Shown here: one piece after another, positions 26,697 through 38,306 of the stretch
How positions within the stretch are numbered: the stretch's first letter is position 1
Layout of the letters: each line of letters opens with the position of its first letter
Source: an uncultured Actinomycetota bacterium
Lineage (GTDB): Bacteria > Actinomycetota > Actinomycetes > Propionibacteriales > Nocardioidaceae
DNA length: 64,000 nucleotides
Assembly (NCBI GenBank): GCA_963700955.1
Contig: CAVOZH010000005.1
Location: 36,561-100,560, forward strand
Direction: 5' to 3'
Translations under genes and position numbers: made by a program
The notes under the pieces: model-generated
What the model was told of the DNA's origin: nothing
Seen by the model: only the letters and a program-made list of their open reading frames with translations
The model's database searches: none

Positions 26697-29154
26697 TTGC
26701 CTGCTCCTTCGCTGCGGTCGGCGGTGTCCTGCTCGTCGAAGTGCGGCATCGCACCGCTCTCCGTCGGCTCGTGCCCACCGGCTCCCCGGTCGTGGATCGC
26801 CTTCCAGATCCGCTCGGGCGTGCAGGGCATGCGTACGTCGGACACCCCGAACGGCCGCAACGCATCCACCACCGCGTTCACGACAGCGGGTGTCGACGCG
26901 ATCGTGCCCGCCTCGCCCACGCCCTTGGCCCCGAGCTCGGTGGCGGTGGCACGGGACACGGTGTGGTCGGTCTCGAAGCTGATCGTGTCGGCCGCGGTCG
27001 GAACCAGGTAGTCGACGAACGATGCGGACACCAGTGTCCCGGACTCGTCGTGGACCGCCTCCTCCCACAGCGCCTGCGCGATGCCCTGGACGAGCCCGCC
27101 GTGAACCTGGCCCTCGACGATCAACGGGTTGATGATCGTGCCGATGTCGTCGACGCAGACGTACTTGCGCATCTTGACCCCGCCCGTCTCGGTGTCGATC
27201 TCCACCGCGCACAGGTGCGTGCCGTGCGGGAAGGAGAAGTTCACCGGGTCGTAGGTCGCGTCCGCGTCGAGCGACGGCTCAACCCCCTCGGGGAGGTCGT
27301 GGGCGGCGAAGGTGGCGAGCGCGACCTCGCCGATGCTCACGCCCTTGTCGGTGCCCTTCACACCGAACCTGCCCTCCTTGAACTCCAGGTCCGCCGCGGA
27401 TGCCTCGAGCATGTGAGCGGCGATCGGCTTGGCCTTCTCGACGACCTTGTCCGCGGCCATCACCAGCGCCTGTCCGCCGACCGCAAGCGACCGTGACCCA
27501 TAGGTGTCGAGGCCCTTCGGAGCGATCTGCGTGTCACCGTGAAGCACCTCGACGTCCTCGAAAGGGACGCCCAGGCGGTCGGCCACGATCTGCGACCAGG
27601 CGGTCTCGTGTCCCTGGCCGTGCGGAGAGGTTCCCGTGATCACCTCGACCTTCCCCGTGGCGAGCATGCGCACCGATGCGTGCTCCCACCCGCCCGCGGC
27701 GTACCGCAGCTGGCCGAGCACACGGGAGGGCGCGAGGCCGCACATCTCGGTGAAGGTCGAGACACCGATGCCGAGCTGGATCGGGTCGTTCGCCTCGCGG
27801 CGCCGACTCTGCTCGGCCCGCAGCTCGTCGTACCCGAACATCTCCTTGGCCTTCGCCGTCGCGGCCTCGTAGTTGCCGGAGTCGTACTCCATGCCGGCGA
27901 CCGTCGTGAACGGGAACTCTTCGTGCTTGATCCAGTTCCTCTCGCGGATCTCCAGCGGGTCGACACCGAGCTCGGCGGCCAGCTCGTCCATCAGGCGCTC
28001 GATCGCGAAGGTCGCCTCGGGCCGCCCCGCCCCCCGGTAGGCGTCGGTCCAGGTCTTGTTCGTGAAGACGTTCGTGCAGTTGAACTGGTAGGCCGGGAAC
28101 TTGTAGATCGCGTTGAACATGAACGCGCCGAGGATCGGCACTCCCGAGGTGACCAGGCCCAGGTACGCGCCCATGTCGGCGAGCAGGTCCACCTTGAGGC
28201 CGGTGACGGTCCCGTCGCTCTTCGCGGCAAGGGTCAGCCTCTGCCACTGGTCACGGCCGTGGTGGGCGGCCATCAGCGACTCCGAGCGGGTCTCGGTGTA
28301 CTTGCACGGCTTGCCGAGGCGGCGGGAGGCGAGGACCGTGATCACCTCTTCAGGGGTGAACTGGAGCTTGCCGCCGAAGCCACCCCCGACGTCAGGCGCG
28401 ATGACCCGGACCTTGCTCTCGGGGATGCCGAGCACGACGGCGAGGAAGAAGCGCACGAAGTGCGGCACCTGCGTCGCGGACCATACGGTGAGCTGCTCGC
28501 CGGTCGGGTCGCTGACCACCGAACGGGGCTCCATGAACGCTGGGATCAACCGCTGCTGGCGGTACTCACGCTCGATGAGGACGCCGCTCTGGCGGGCCTC
28601 CTCGATCGCCTCGTCCACCGCGCCGCCCGTGCCTGCGTCCGCGGAGTCGAACTGCCAGAACGCCGACTTGTTGGTGCCCAGATCAGGGTGCGCAAGCACC
28701 TTGTCCGCCGCCGCGTCCTTGAGGTCGAGCGCCGCGGGGAGATCCTCGTAGTCCACGTCGACGAGCTCGGCCGCGTCACGTGCCTCGGCGGCGGAGCGGG
28801 CCACGACGACCGCCACGACCTCGCCCGCGAAGGCGACGCGGTCGACCGCGATGGAGGGATGGGGTGGCGCCTTCTGGTCCTCGGTGATCGGCCAGGCGTT
28901 GGGCAGGCTGCCCTGTTCCTCGGCGACGTCCGCGCCGGTCAGGACGGTGACGACGTTCGGAGCCGCCTTCGCGGCAGACGTGTCGACGCGGGTGATCTTG
29001 GCGTGGGCGAACGGGCTGCGCACCATCGCGAGGTGCAGCATGCCCGGCAGCACGATGTTGTCGGTCCAGCGGGTGCGGCCGGTGATGAGGCGCTGGTCCT
29101 CCTTTCGCTTGCGTGGGCTGCCGACCTCGCGGGTGGGGGTCTCCTCGGTGACGG

Positions 29155-29158
<4 letters not shown>
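26693..29158 (-). CDS. Molybdopterin-binding large subunit, aerobic CODH-like form II (xanthine dehydrogenase family)
   Basis: GTG 29158 overlaps the S-subunit stop (GTGA). [21 protein letters not shown]. The active-site loop reads AYRGAGR (28022-28042), the form-II signature, rather than form-I VAYRCSFR. Confidence 0.9.
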
Positions 29159-29625
<467 letters not shown>

Positions 29626-29686
29626 GGATCAGATCAGCTCCCTGGGAGGAGGACAGGTGCTGTCGATACTTGCGCGCTCAACGATG

Positions 29687-29702
29687 TGTGACAAGGGTCA
29701 CG
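29687..29702. promoter_or_regulatory. CRP/GlxR-type palindrome upstream of the S-L-M-G operon
   Basis: TGTGAcaagggTCACg, 62 nt upstream of the coxS-like ATG. 9/10 match to TGTGA-n6-TCACA. Confidence 0.35.
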
Positions 29703-29731
29703 GTGAAGTCTTTGGGTTGTGCAAGTCCGGG

Positions 29732-30871
29732 TCAGCGCTCGGCGTGATGGTGGATCGGTCCCGCGAGCTCGGCGAGCCGCTCGCCGTTGCCGCCCCAGCG
29801 CAGCGCGACGATCTCGGCGGCGATGCTGACCGCGGTCTCCTCGGGGGTGCGGGCGCCGAGGTCGAGCCCGATGGGCGAGGAGAGCCGGGTCAGCTCGTCC
29901 TCGGTCAGCCCGGCCTCGCGCAGCCGGTCGAGGCGGTCCTGGTGCGTGCGCCGTGACCCCATCGCGCCGACGTAGGCCACCTCGGGCAGCCGCAGCGCGA
30001 CCTCGAGCAGGGGTACGTCGAACTTCGGGTCGTGCGTCAGCACGCAGATCACCGTGCGGGAGTCGAGGTTGCCCGCGTCGAGCTGTCCCTTGAGGTACCG
30101 GTGCGGCCAGTCGACGACGACCTCGTCGGCACCCGGGAACCGCGACGCCGTGGCGAACACCGGCCGGGCGTCGCACACCGTGACCTGGTAGCCGAGGAAG
30201 CTGCCCATCCGGGCGACCGCGGCGGCGAAGTCGATCGCGCCGAACACGATCATCCGCGGCGGCGGCGCGAACGCCCACACGAACACCCGCATGCCCTCGC
30301 CACGACGCTCGCCGTCGGGGCCGTAGGTCAGCGTCGCGTTGTGTCCCGCCGCGAGCAGGCCGCGGACGTCGTCGGCCACCGCGTCGTCCGCGCGCTCGCT
30401 GCCGATCGACCCGGTGCGCGGGCGGTCGGTGTCCTCCGGACGTACGACGATCCGCCGCCCCACCCGGGCCCGGTCGGGGTGGTCGATCACAGTGGCGAGC
30501 GCGACGGGGCGACCTGCCTCGATGTCGGCGGCGATGTCGCCGAGCTCGGGGAACGTGGACCGGTCGACCTTCTCGACGTACACGTCGAGGATCCCGCCAC
30601 AGGTGAGACCGACCGCGAAGGCGTCGTCGTCGCTCACGCCGTACCTCTCGAGCACCGGGACGCCCGACGCGACGACCTCCTCGGCGAGCTCGTAGACCGC
30701 GCCCTCGACACAGCCGCCGGAGACGGAGCCGACTGCCTCGCCGCCGGGGCCCACCAGCATCGACGCACCAGCGGGTCGTGGGGCGGAGCGGAACGTGGCC
30801 ACGACCGTGCCCACTCCGACCGTCTCGCCGGCCTCCCACCAACGCATCAGCTCAGACAGCACGTCACGCAT
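29732..30871 (-). CDS. XdhC/CoxI-family molybdenum cofactor insertion accessory protein
   Basis: ATG 30871 preferred over track TTG 30877. MRDVLSELMRWWEAGE...GSVSGGCVEGAV...FGAIDFAAAVA motifs. Overlaps the upstream stop (ATGCGTGA). Confidence 0.85.
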   Translation of the reverse strand: MRDVLSELMRWWEAGETVGVGTVVATFRSAPRPAGASMLVGPGGEAVGSVSGGCVEGAVYELAEEVVASGVPVLERYGVSDDDAFAVGLTCGGILDVYVEKVDRSTFPELGDIAADIEAGRPVALATVIDHPDRARVGRRIVVRPEDTDRPRTGSIGSERADDAVADDVRGLLAAGHNATLTYGPDGERRGEGMRVFVWAFAPPPRMIVFGAIDFAAAVARMGSFLGYQVTVCDARPVFATASRFPGADEVVVDWPHRYLKGQLDAGNLDSRTVICVLTHDPKFDVPLLEVALRLPEVAYVGAMGSRRTHQDRLDRLREAGLTEDELTRLSSPIGLDLGARTPEETAVSIAAEIVALRWGGNGERLAELAGPIHHHAER

Positions 30872-32006
30872 GGGCAATCACCTCGACCAGGTCCGCGAAC
30901 GTGGCCATGGAGTGTCCGGCCACGAAGTCGTCAATGTAGGGGAGTGCCGCGACGATGCCCTGCTGAACGGGCTCGTAGCCCTCCTTGCCGCGGTGCGGGT
31001 TCATCCAGACCACGCGATGCGCGAGGCGGTGCAGCCGGCGCATCTGCTCGGCCAGCAGCTCGGTGTCGCCGCGCTCCCAGCCGTCGCTGACGACCACGAC
31101 CACCGCGCCCCGGGCGGTGCCGCGCTGGCCCCAGCGGTCCAGGAACACCTTCAGCGTCTCGCCGAGCCGCGTGCCGCCCGACCAGTCCGGGACCGTCTGG
31201 CCCGCGGCGATGATGGCCCGCTCGGCGTCGCGCATCCGCATGGCGCGGGTGATGTGCGTGAGCCGCGTGCCGACCGTGAACACCTCGACGTCCCCGGGGC
31301 GCAGGGTGCCGCCCGTCGGCGAGGACGCATGGGTGAACGTGTGCGCGAGGCGCAGCAGCGCGTCGGCGTAGGCGCTCATCGAGCCCGACACGTCGATGAG
31401 CAGCACGACGCGGCGAGCACGCGTGCGGCGTCGTCGCCAGGCCACCGGGCCGGGCTCGCCCATGCGTGCGCGCATCCGGCGCAGGGTCCGGGCCGCGTCG
31501 AGGTCGCCGCGATGCCAGCCGGCTCGCCGGTTCGCCGTACGACGGGGGGAGCGGGGGTGCAGGGAGCCGAAGAGCGCGGCCAGCCGGGCCTTCTCCCGCG
31601 GATCCATCGCGGCGATGTCCCGATGACGCAGGACCTCCGTGGAGCTGGCCAGCGCCCGAAGCTCCTCCTCGGACCCCATGGGCTGCTCGCCGGCCTGGTC
31701 CCGGTCGTCGGTGAGGTCCGCCTGCGTGGAGGTCCGGTCGGGTGGCTCTCGCGGGACGGTCTGGTTCTGCTGGGCGACGAACCACGCGTGGAAGACCTGG
31801 TCGTAGCGTTCGAGGTCGTCGGGCCCGGAGCACAACGTGCTACGACCTGCCCAGTAGGTCGCACGACGGTCGTCCAGCCCGACCACGGCCACCGCCCGCA
31901 GGAAACTCTGCGCCCGGTCGGGGGTGATGCCCAGGCCGGCGGCGCGGAGTGCCCGGGCGAACCCGAGCAGGAGCTCGTCCGCCTCGTGCCGCACCTCGAC
32001 GTCCAT
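30864..32006 (-). CDS. VWA domain-containing protein (CoxE-like)
   Basis: Start moved to ATG 32006 with GAGGAGG upstream. MIDAS-type LLIDVSGSM and ...VVVVSDGWERGD; CoxE-like N-terminal part. Confidence 0.85.
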   Translation of the reverse strand: MDVEVRHEADELLLGFARALRAAGLGITPDRAQSFLRAVAVVGLDDRRATYWAGRSTLCSGPDDLERYDQVFHAWFVAQQNQTVPREPPDRTSTQADLTDDRDQAGEQPMGSEEELRALASSTEVLRHRDIAAMDPREKARLAALFGSLHPRSPRRTANRRAGWHRGDLDAARTLRRMRARMGEPGPVAWRRRRTRARRVVLLIDVSGSMSAYADALLRLAHTFTHASSPTGGTLRPGDVEVFTVGTRLTHITRAMRMRDAERAIIAAGQTVPDWSGGTRLGETLKVFLDRWGQRGTARGAVVVVVSDGWERGDTELLAEQMRRLHRLAHRVVWMNPHRGKEGYEPVQQGIVAALPYIDDFVAGHSMATFADLVEVIAHA

Positions 32007-32014
32007 CGTCCTCC

Positions 32015-32926
<912 letters not shown>

Positions 32927-32989
32927 CGAGCAAGAGGCGGTCGATCATTTCGGCGTTCGGGGGCCTCGAGGGCCCGGGTGGTCGACGCG

Positions 32990-33559
32990 TCAGAGGGCGT
33001 CGGGCGTGTCCACGTCGCGCCCGGTCGCGAGGTCGCCGCACTCCACCAGGACAGGTGGGTTGTCGCGAAGGTAGTCCCGGGCTCCGCGGTCCCCCTCCGC
33101 CGTCGCCACGACACCGGCCCAGTGGGCACGGCCGAGCAGCACCGGGTGGCCCGGCTGCCCGTCGTACGTCGCGCGGGCGAGCGCGTCCGGGCCGGGGGGA
33201 ACCTGCTCGAGCAGCCGGCTGACGACCTTCGGCCCGACGTCCGGAAGGTCGACGAGGCCCACGACGACCGCGTCCGCGTCGGCGAGAGAGGGGTCGGCGA
33301 GACCGGCGCGGAGGGAGGCGCCCATGCCCTCTGCCCAGTCCTCTGCGACCGTGGCCGCGACGTCGAGGTGAGCGAGGAGGGGGCGGACCTCGTCGGCCGC
33401 CGCACCGAGGACGACCGTGACCGCGTCGCAGCCGCCGTCCCTGAGCACCCGGACGGCGCGTTCGACGTACGACGTGCCGGACTCGTCGCGCAGCAGGGCC
33501 TTCGGGCCGCCCATCCGCCGTCCGGCGCCGGCCGCGAGCAGCAGGCCTCGCACCGCCAT
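32990..33559 (-). CDS. MobA/MocA-like nucleotidyltransferase (molybdenum cofactor cytidylyltransferase family)
   Basis: LLLAAGAGRRMGGPKAL...VVLG...VVVGLVDLPDV motifs of the NTP_transf_3 family. Its start overlaps the serA stop by 1 nt (TGATG). Confidence 0.8.
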   Translation of the reverse strand: MAVRGLLLAAGAGRRMGGPKALLRDESGTSYVERAVRVLRDGGCDAVTVVLGAAADEVRPLLAHLDVAATVAEDWAEGMGASLRAGLADPSLADADAVVVGLVDLPDVGPKVVSRLLEQVPPGPDALARATYDGQPGHPVLLGRAHWAGVVATAEGDRGARDYLRDNPPVLVECGDLATGRDVDTPDAL

Positions 33560-34782
33560 CAGTCGATGATGCGCAGCCGGACGGTCTCCGGCAGCCCGGC
33601 GAGCTCGTGCACGACGTCTGCCGAGTAGTCGAGCCCGATGTCCGTCAGCAGGTAGCCGAGCTCGCCGAGGGTGGTCAGCACCTGGCTCTCCACGTTGACG
33701 CCTCGGTCGGCGAGGACACCGTTCACCCGGGCGAGCACACCGGGGACGTTCTGGTGGAGGTGCGCCAGCCGGTGCGTCCCGGGGGCGTGCTCGAGCGCGA
33801 GGTTCGGGAGGTTGACGCTCATCGAGGTCGCCCCCGTGTCGAGGAAGTCGCGGAGCTTACGGGCGACGAAGCGGCCGATGTCCTCCTGCGCCTCCTCGGT
33901 CGAGCCGCCGATGTGAGGAGTCAGGATGACGTTGGGCAGGCCGCGGAGGGCCGAGGAGAACTCGTCGCCCTGCTTCTTCGGCTCCTCGAGGAACACGTCC
34001 ACCGCAGCGCCCGAGAGGTGCCCGCTGAGGATGTGCTGGCGGAGGGCGTCGTGGTCGACGACGAAGCCTCGCGAGAGGTTCAGGAAGATCGCGCCCTCCC
34101 TCATCTGCCGCAGCTGTGCCTCACCGAAGAGTCCTGCGTTGCCGGCGCGACCGTCGACGTGCAGCGAGACGATGTCGGCCCCGTCCAGCAGCTCCTCCAG
34201 CGAGGAGCACCGGTGCGCGTTGCCGAGGGCGAGCTTGTCGTGGATGTCGTAGAACGACACAGACATGCCGAGCGCCTCGGCGACGACCGACAGCTGGCTG
34301 CCGATGTTGCCGTAGCCGATGATCCCCAGCCGGCGGCCGCGCACCTCGTGAGCACCCGTGGCGGACTTGTCCCAGACCCCGGCCTGCAGGGACGCGTTCT
34401 TCTCGGTGAGGCGCCGGGTCAGCGCGATGATCTCGGCGACGGCGAGCTCGACGACGCTTCGCGTGTTGGAGAACGGCGCGTTGAACACCGCGACGCCGCT
34501 CCGGGACGCCGTTGCGAGGTCGATCTGGTTGGTCCCGATGCAGAAGGCCCCGATGGCGGTCAGATGCCTGGAGGCCCCCAGCACCTCGGCGGTGACCTGG
34601 GTCTTGGACCGGATCCCGAGTACGTCGACCTCCGCGAGCGCCGAGACCAGCTCGTCGCTGTCCATCGCGCCGGGCGCGGACTCCACTTTCAGTCCCGCCT
34701 CGCTCAGGATGTCGTGGGCGACCGGGTGGACGTTCTCCAACAGCAGGGCACGACGAGTTGTCACGGCACCGCCCTTTCGCAT
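33559..34782 (-). CDS. serA: D-3-phosphoglycerate dehydrogenase
   Basis: 407 aa. NAD-binding RLGIIGYGNIGSQ, catalytic-region LSRG...DVF...TPHIGGST, C-terminal ACT-like domain (HLHQNVPGVLARVNGVLA). Confidence 0.9.
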   Translation of the reverse strand: MRKGGAVTTRRALLLENVHPVAHDILSEAGLKVESAPGAMDSDELVSALAEVDVLGIRSKTQVTAEVLGASRHLTAIGAFCIGTNQIDLATASRSGVAVFNAPFSNTRSVVELAVAEIIALTRRLTEKNASLQAGVWDKSATGAHEVRGRRLGIIGYGNIGSQLSVVAEALGMSVSFYDIHDKLALGNAHRCSSLEELLDGADIVSLHVDGRAGNAGLFGEAQLRQMREGAIFLNLSRGFVVDHDALRQHILSGHLSGAAVDVFLEEPKKQGDEFSSALRGLPNVILTPHIGGSTEEAQEDIGRFVARKLRDFLDTGATSMSVNLPNLALEHAPGTHRLAHLHQNVPGVLARVNGVLADRGVNVESQVLTTLGELGYLLTDIGLDYSADVVHELAGLPETVRLRIID

Positions 34783-34825
34783 CGAGGTGGCGTCTCAGGA
34801 GCACTCGCAACGCTACCCTCACGGG

Positions 34826-35884
34826 GTGTCGCAGCCGATCCAGCGCCGTCCGGGTCTCGCCCGGTGGGACTCGCTCACCGTGGGCATCGACATCGGCGGG
34901 ACCAAGGTGCTCGGCGGTGTCGTCGACTCGAGCGGCCGGGTCCTCGTACGCGAGCGACGAGAGACACCGGGCCACAGCGTCACCGCTGTCGAGGACACGA
35001 TCGTCGAGCTGGTCTCGCTGTTCGCGCGCTCCTACGACGTGGCCGCGGTCGGGATCGGCGCCGCCGGCTTCGTGGATGCCTCCAGGTCGACCGTGCTCTT
35101 CTCACCGCACCTCGCCTGGCGCGACGAGCCGATCCGGGACGCGCTGGCCGGTCGCCTGCGGCTGCCCGTCGTGGTCGACAACGACGCGAACACCGCCGCA
35201 CTCGCCGAGTCGGACTTCGGCGCCGGAACCGGGCACCGGTACGTCCTCTGCGTGACCCTCGGCACCGGCATCGGCGGCGCCTTCGTCATGGACCACCGGG
35301 TCTACCGTGGCGCGAACGGCATGGCCGGCGAGTTCGGCCACATGCTGGTCGTGCCTGACGGGCATCGCTGCCAGTGCGGCAACCGCGGCTGCTGGGAGCA
35401 GTACGCATCGGGCAACGCCCTCGTCCGGGACGCCCGCGAGGTCGTCGCCTCCGGGTCGCCCGTCGCCGAGACGCTCCGCCAGCTGGGTGGCCCGGACGCC
35501 TCGGGTCTGACCGGACCCTTGATCACCGAGGCTGCGCGCGACGGCGACCCGCTGGCGACCGAGCTCCTCGCCGACATGGGCCGCTGGTTCGGGATCGGCC
35601 TGGCGAACATGACCGCCGCCTTCGACCCGAGCTGCATCGTCATCGGGGGAGGGGTGTCCGAGGCCGGCGACCTCCTGCTCGTCCCGGCTCGGGAGGCGTT
35701 CTCGCGACAGCTCGTCGGTCGTGGTCACCGGCCCGAGCCACCGATCCTGCGCGCCGCCCTGGGCCCGGACGCGGGGTTCATCGGCGCCGCGGACATGGCG
35801 CGCTCCGCGGCTCGGCGCTCCAGACGTCGCCTCCGCCGCAACCGCCCTGGCCGGCGAGGGCGGTTGCCCGTGGACCCGGAGTGA
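34826..35884 (+). CDS. glk: ROK-family glucokinase with Arg-rich C-terminal tail
   Basis: The start is uncertain; GTG 34826 was chosen. VGIDIGGTKV, DNDANTAALAE, the ROK Cys motif GHRCQCGNRGCWE. The tail is RSAARRSRRRLRRNRPGRRGRL. Confidence 0.8.
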   Translation: MSQPIQRRPGLARWDSLTVGIDIGGTKVLGGVVDSSGRVLVRERRETPGHSVTAVEDTIVELVSLFARSYDVAAVGIGAAGFVDASRSTVLFSPHLAWRDEPIRDALAGRLRLPVVVDNDANTAALAESDFGAGTGHRYVLCVTLGTGIGGAFVMDHRVYRGANGMAGEFGHMLVVPDGHRCQCGNRGCWEQYASGNALVRDAREVVASGSPVAETLRQLGGPDASGLTGPLITEAARDGDPLATELLADMGRWFGIGLANMTAAFDPSCIVIGGGVSEAGDLLLVPAREAFSRQLVGRGHRPEPPILRAALGPDAGFIGAADMARSAARRSRRRLRRNRPGRRGRLPVDPE

Positions 35885-35951
35885 CCCCGGCTGCGCTCCC
35901 TCCGACCTCGACTGCGCCGAACGGGTGTGTCGAGGGGCCTCGGCGCGACCG

Positions 35952-36365
35952 TCAGCCGCGGGTGGCGCCCCAGTCCTCAGGGGCCACGTCGGCCACGGAC
36001 TGGGTGAACACCCAGCTACGGCCGGCGAAGTCCCGGGCGGTGTACTGCCTCTCACCGTAGGGCAGGTCTGCCGGCTCGGAGACGATCTCCGCCCCGTGGG
36101 CACGGGCCCGCCGGCAGTGCTCGTCGACGTCGTCGACCCGGACCATGACGTGGTCCACGGTGTCGCCGACCGGGCGGTCACCCCGGGTGATGGCGACCGC
36201 GGCTCCCACGCCGACCCCGAGCTGGGCTCGGTGGTCGCCGATGCGCCATCTGAGGGAGAAGCCGAACGCTTCGCACAGACCCGCAACGGCTTCCTTCACG
36301 TCGGGATACCCGAGCACCGGCACCAGTGTCTGCTCCGGCATCGACCTGTTCGTCAGCATCGTCAC
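35952..36365 (-). CDS. VOC (glyoxalase/bleomycin-resistance) family protein
   Basis: 137 aa. ...VLGYPDVKEAVAGLCEAFGF...HVMVRVDDVDEHCRRARAHGAEIV...PYGERQYTARDFAGRSWVF. Confidence 0.75.
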   Translation of the reverse strand: MTMLTNRSMPEQTLVPVLGYPDVKEAVAGLCEAFGFSLRWRIGDHRAQLGVGVGAAVAITRGDRPVGDTVDHVMVRVDDVDEHCRRARAHGAEIVSEPADLPYGERQYTARDFAGRSWVFTQSVADVAPEDWGATRG

Positions 36366-36503
36366 CCCTTCACGCCCGGTTTCCGGCAGAGCCTAACGGC
36401 GGGGACCGGACCCGAGCGTTGTCCTGGTGCGGGTGCCAGGGCCGTGTGCCTCGGTCTACCGTTGACGGAACTGTCCGGTCTTGATCTCGGTCGAGGAGAC
36501 GCG

Positions 36504-38111
36504 ATGAGCCAGGCACCCGCGCAGGTCCCGCACGGCGACAAGATCGACGCCGCCGTCTTGAAGGTCGCAGGCGTCGTCGTGCTCGGCGCCATCATGTCGA
36601 TCCTCGACATCACGGTGGTCAACGTCGCGCTGCCGACGTTCCAGACCGAGTTCGGGACGCCCGCCGAGCCGATCCCGTACTCCACCGTCGCGTGGACGGT
36701 GACGGCGTACACCCTGGCGCTCGCCACGGTGATCCCGATGACGGGCTGGGCGGCCGACCGGTTCGGCACCAAGCGGCTCTACATGGGCGCGGTGGCACTC
36801 TTCACCGCCGGGTCTGCCCTCTGCGCCCTGGCCACGTCGATCGAGATGCTCATCGCCTTCCGGGTCCTGCAGGGCCTCGGCGGAGGCATGCTCATGCCCC
36901 TCGGCATGACGATCATGACGCGGGCCGCGGGGCCGCACCGGATGGGGCGGCTGATGGCCATCCTCGGGGTCCCGATGCTGCTCGGCCCGATCCTCGGTCC
37001 GATCATCGGCGGGTGGCTGATCGAGCACGCGAGCTGGCACTGGATCTTCCTGATCAACCTGCCGATCGGCATCGGGGCGCTGATCTACGCAGCCTTCGTC
37101 CTCCCCAAGGACGCTCCCGAGCCGTCCGAGTCCTTCGACTTCGTCGGGATGCTGATGATGTCGCCCGGCCTCGCGCTCTTCCTCTTCGGCGTCTCCTCGC
37201 TGCCCGCGGAGAACGGCGACTTCACCGAGCCGCGCGTGTGGGTCTCGATGCTGGTCGGTGTCGTGCTGATGGTGGCGTTCGTGTTCCACACGTTCCGCCC
37301 GGAGCATCCGTTGCTCGACCTGCGGCTGTTCAAGAACCGCAACCTGACCGTCTCGGTCATCACGATGTTCATGTTCGCGGCGGCGTTCTTCGGCGGGCTG
37401 CTGCTCGTGCCGACGTACTTCCAGCAGATTCGCGGTGAGGACACCTTCCACGCCGGCCTGCTCGTGGCACCACAGGGAATCGGGGCGATGCTCACGATGC
37501 CCGTCGCCGGCCGGCTGAGCGACCGGATCCCGGTGGGCCGGATCGTGCCCGTCGGGCTCGTCGTGATCGTCATCGGGATGTTCGGGCTCACCCAGGTCAC
37601 GGCGCACACCCCCTACGCGGCGCTGATCGCGATGCTGTTCGTCATGGGTCTCGGCATGGGCGCCACGATGATGCCGGTGATGACCTCGGCGCTGAAGACG
37701 CTGAGGCACCACGAGGTGGCCCGAGGCTCGACCCTGCTGAACATCACCCAGCAGGTCGCCAGCTCGGTCGGTATCGCGGTGATGTCGGTGGTCCTCACCA
37801 ACCACCTCAACGACTCGCCCGTCATCCCGGGCACCGAGAAGATCCCCGGCCTCGACGGTGGCCTCACCGAGACCGCCGCAGGCATCCTCTCCAACACCCG
37901 GCCGGAGGTCGTCGCCGCGCTCAAGCTGCCGGCGTCGCTCGTCGCGGAGGGCCTCGACCAGGCCGCGCAGGCCTTCGCCGACACCTACTGGGTCGCCTGG
38001 TCTCTCGTCGTGCTCACCCTCATCCCGGCGCTGATGCTTCCTCGCAAGCACGAGGAGTCCCATCTCGAGGACGAGGAGGCTGCTGCAGTCGCGACGCCGC
38101 AGGTGCGCTAG
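36504..38111 (+). CDS. DHA2 (EmrB/QacA) family MFS efflux transporter
   Basis: Start moved to ATG 36504. LDITVVNVALP, GWAADRFGTKRL, 14-TM-type length (535 aa). Confidence 0.85.
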   Translation: MSQAPAQVPHGDKIDAAVLKVAGVVVLGAIMSILDITVVNVALPTFQTEFGTPAEPIPYSTVAWTVTAYTLALATVIPMTGWAADRFGTKRLYMGAVALFTAGSALCALATSIEMLIAFRVLQGLGGGMLMPLGMTIMTRAAGPHRMGRLMAILGVPMLLGPILGPIIGGWLIEHASWHWIFLINLPIGIGALIYAAFVLPKDAPEPSESFDFVGMLMMSPGLALFLFGVSSLPAENGDFTEPRVWVSMLVGVVLMVAFVFHTFRPEHPLLDLRLFKNRNLTVSVITMFMFAAAFFGGLLLVPTYFQQIRGEDTFHAGLLVAPQGIGAMLTMPVAGRLSDRIPVGRIVPVGLVVIVIGMFGLTQVTAHTPYAALIAMLFVMGLGMGATMMPVMTSALKTLRHHEVARGSTLLNITQQVASSVGIAVMSVVLTNHLNDSPVIPGTEKIPGLDGGLTETAAGILSNTRPEVVAALKLPASLVAEGLDQAAQAFADTYWVAWSLVVLTLIPALMLPRKHEESHLEDEEAAAVATPQVR

Positions 38112-38306
38112 CACCGAGCGCCGCGGTCGCTGCCCGACGATATCGGCCGGTTTCTGCACGATCGTGCAGTGCTGAAACACGCAAGGTCTTTCCCGTCCCA
38201 ACGCCCGCTTTGCGGGTTTACGTTCCACTTCACCGTCGTACCGGTCTCGACCGAGCCGACGGCGTGCGGCCGCCGTGGCCGCGCGACCTCCGGACGGGAG
38301 ACCCCC

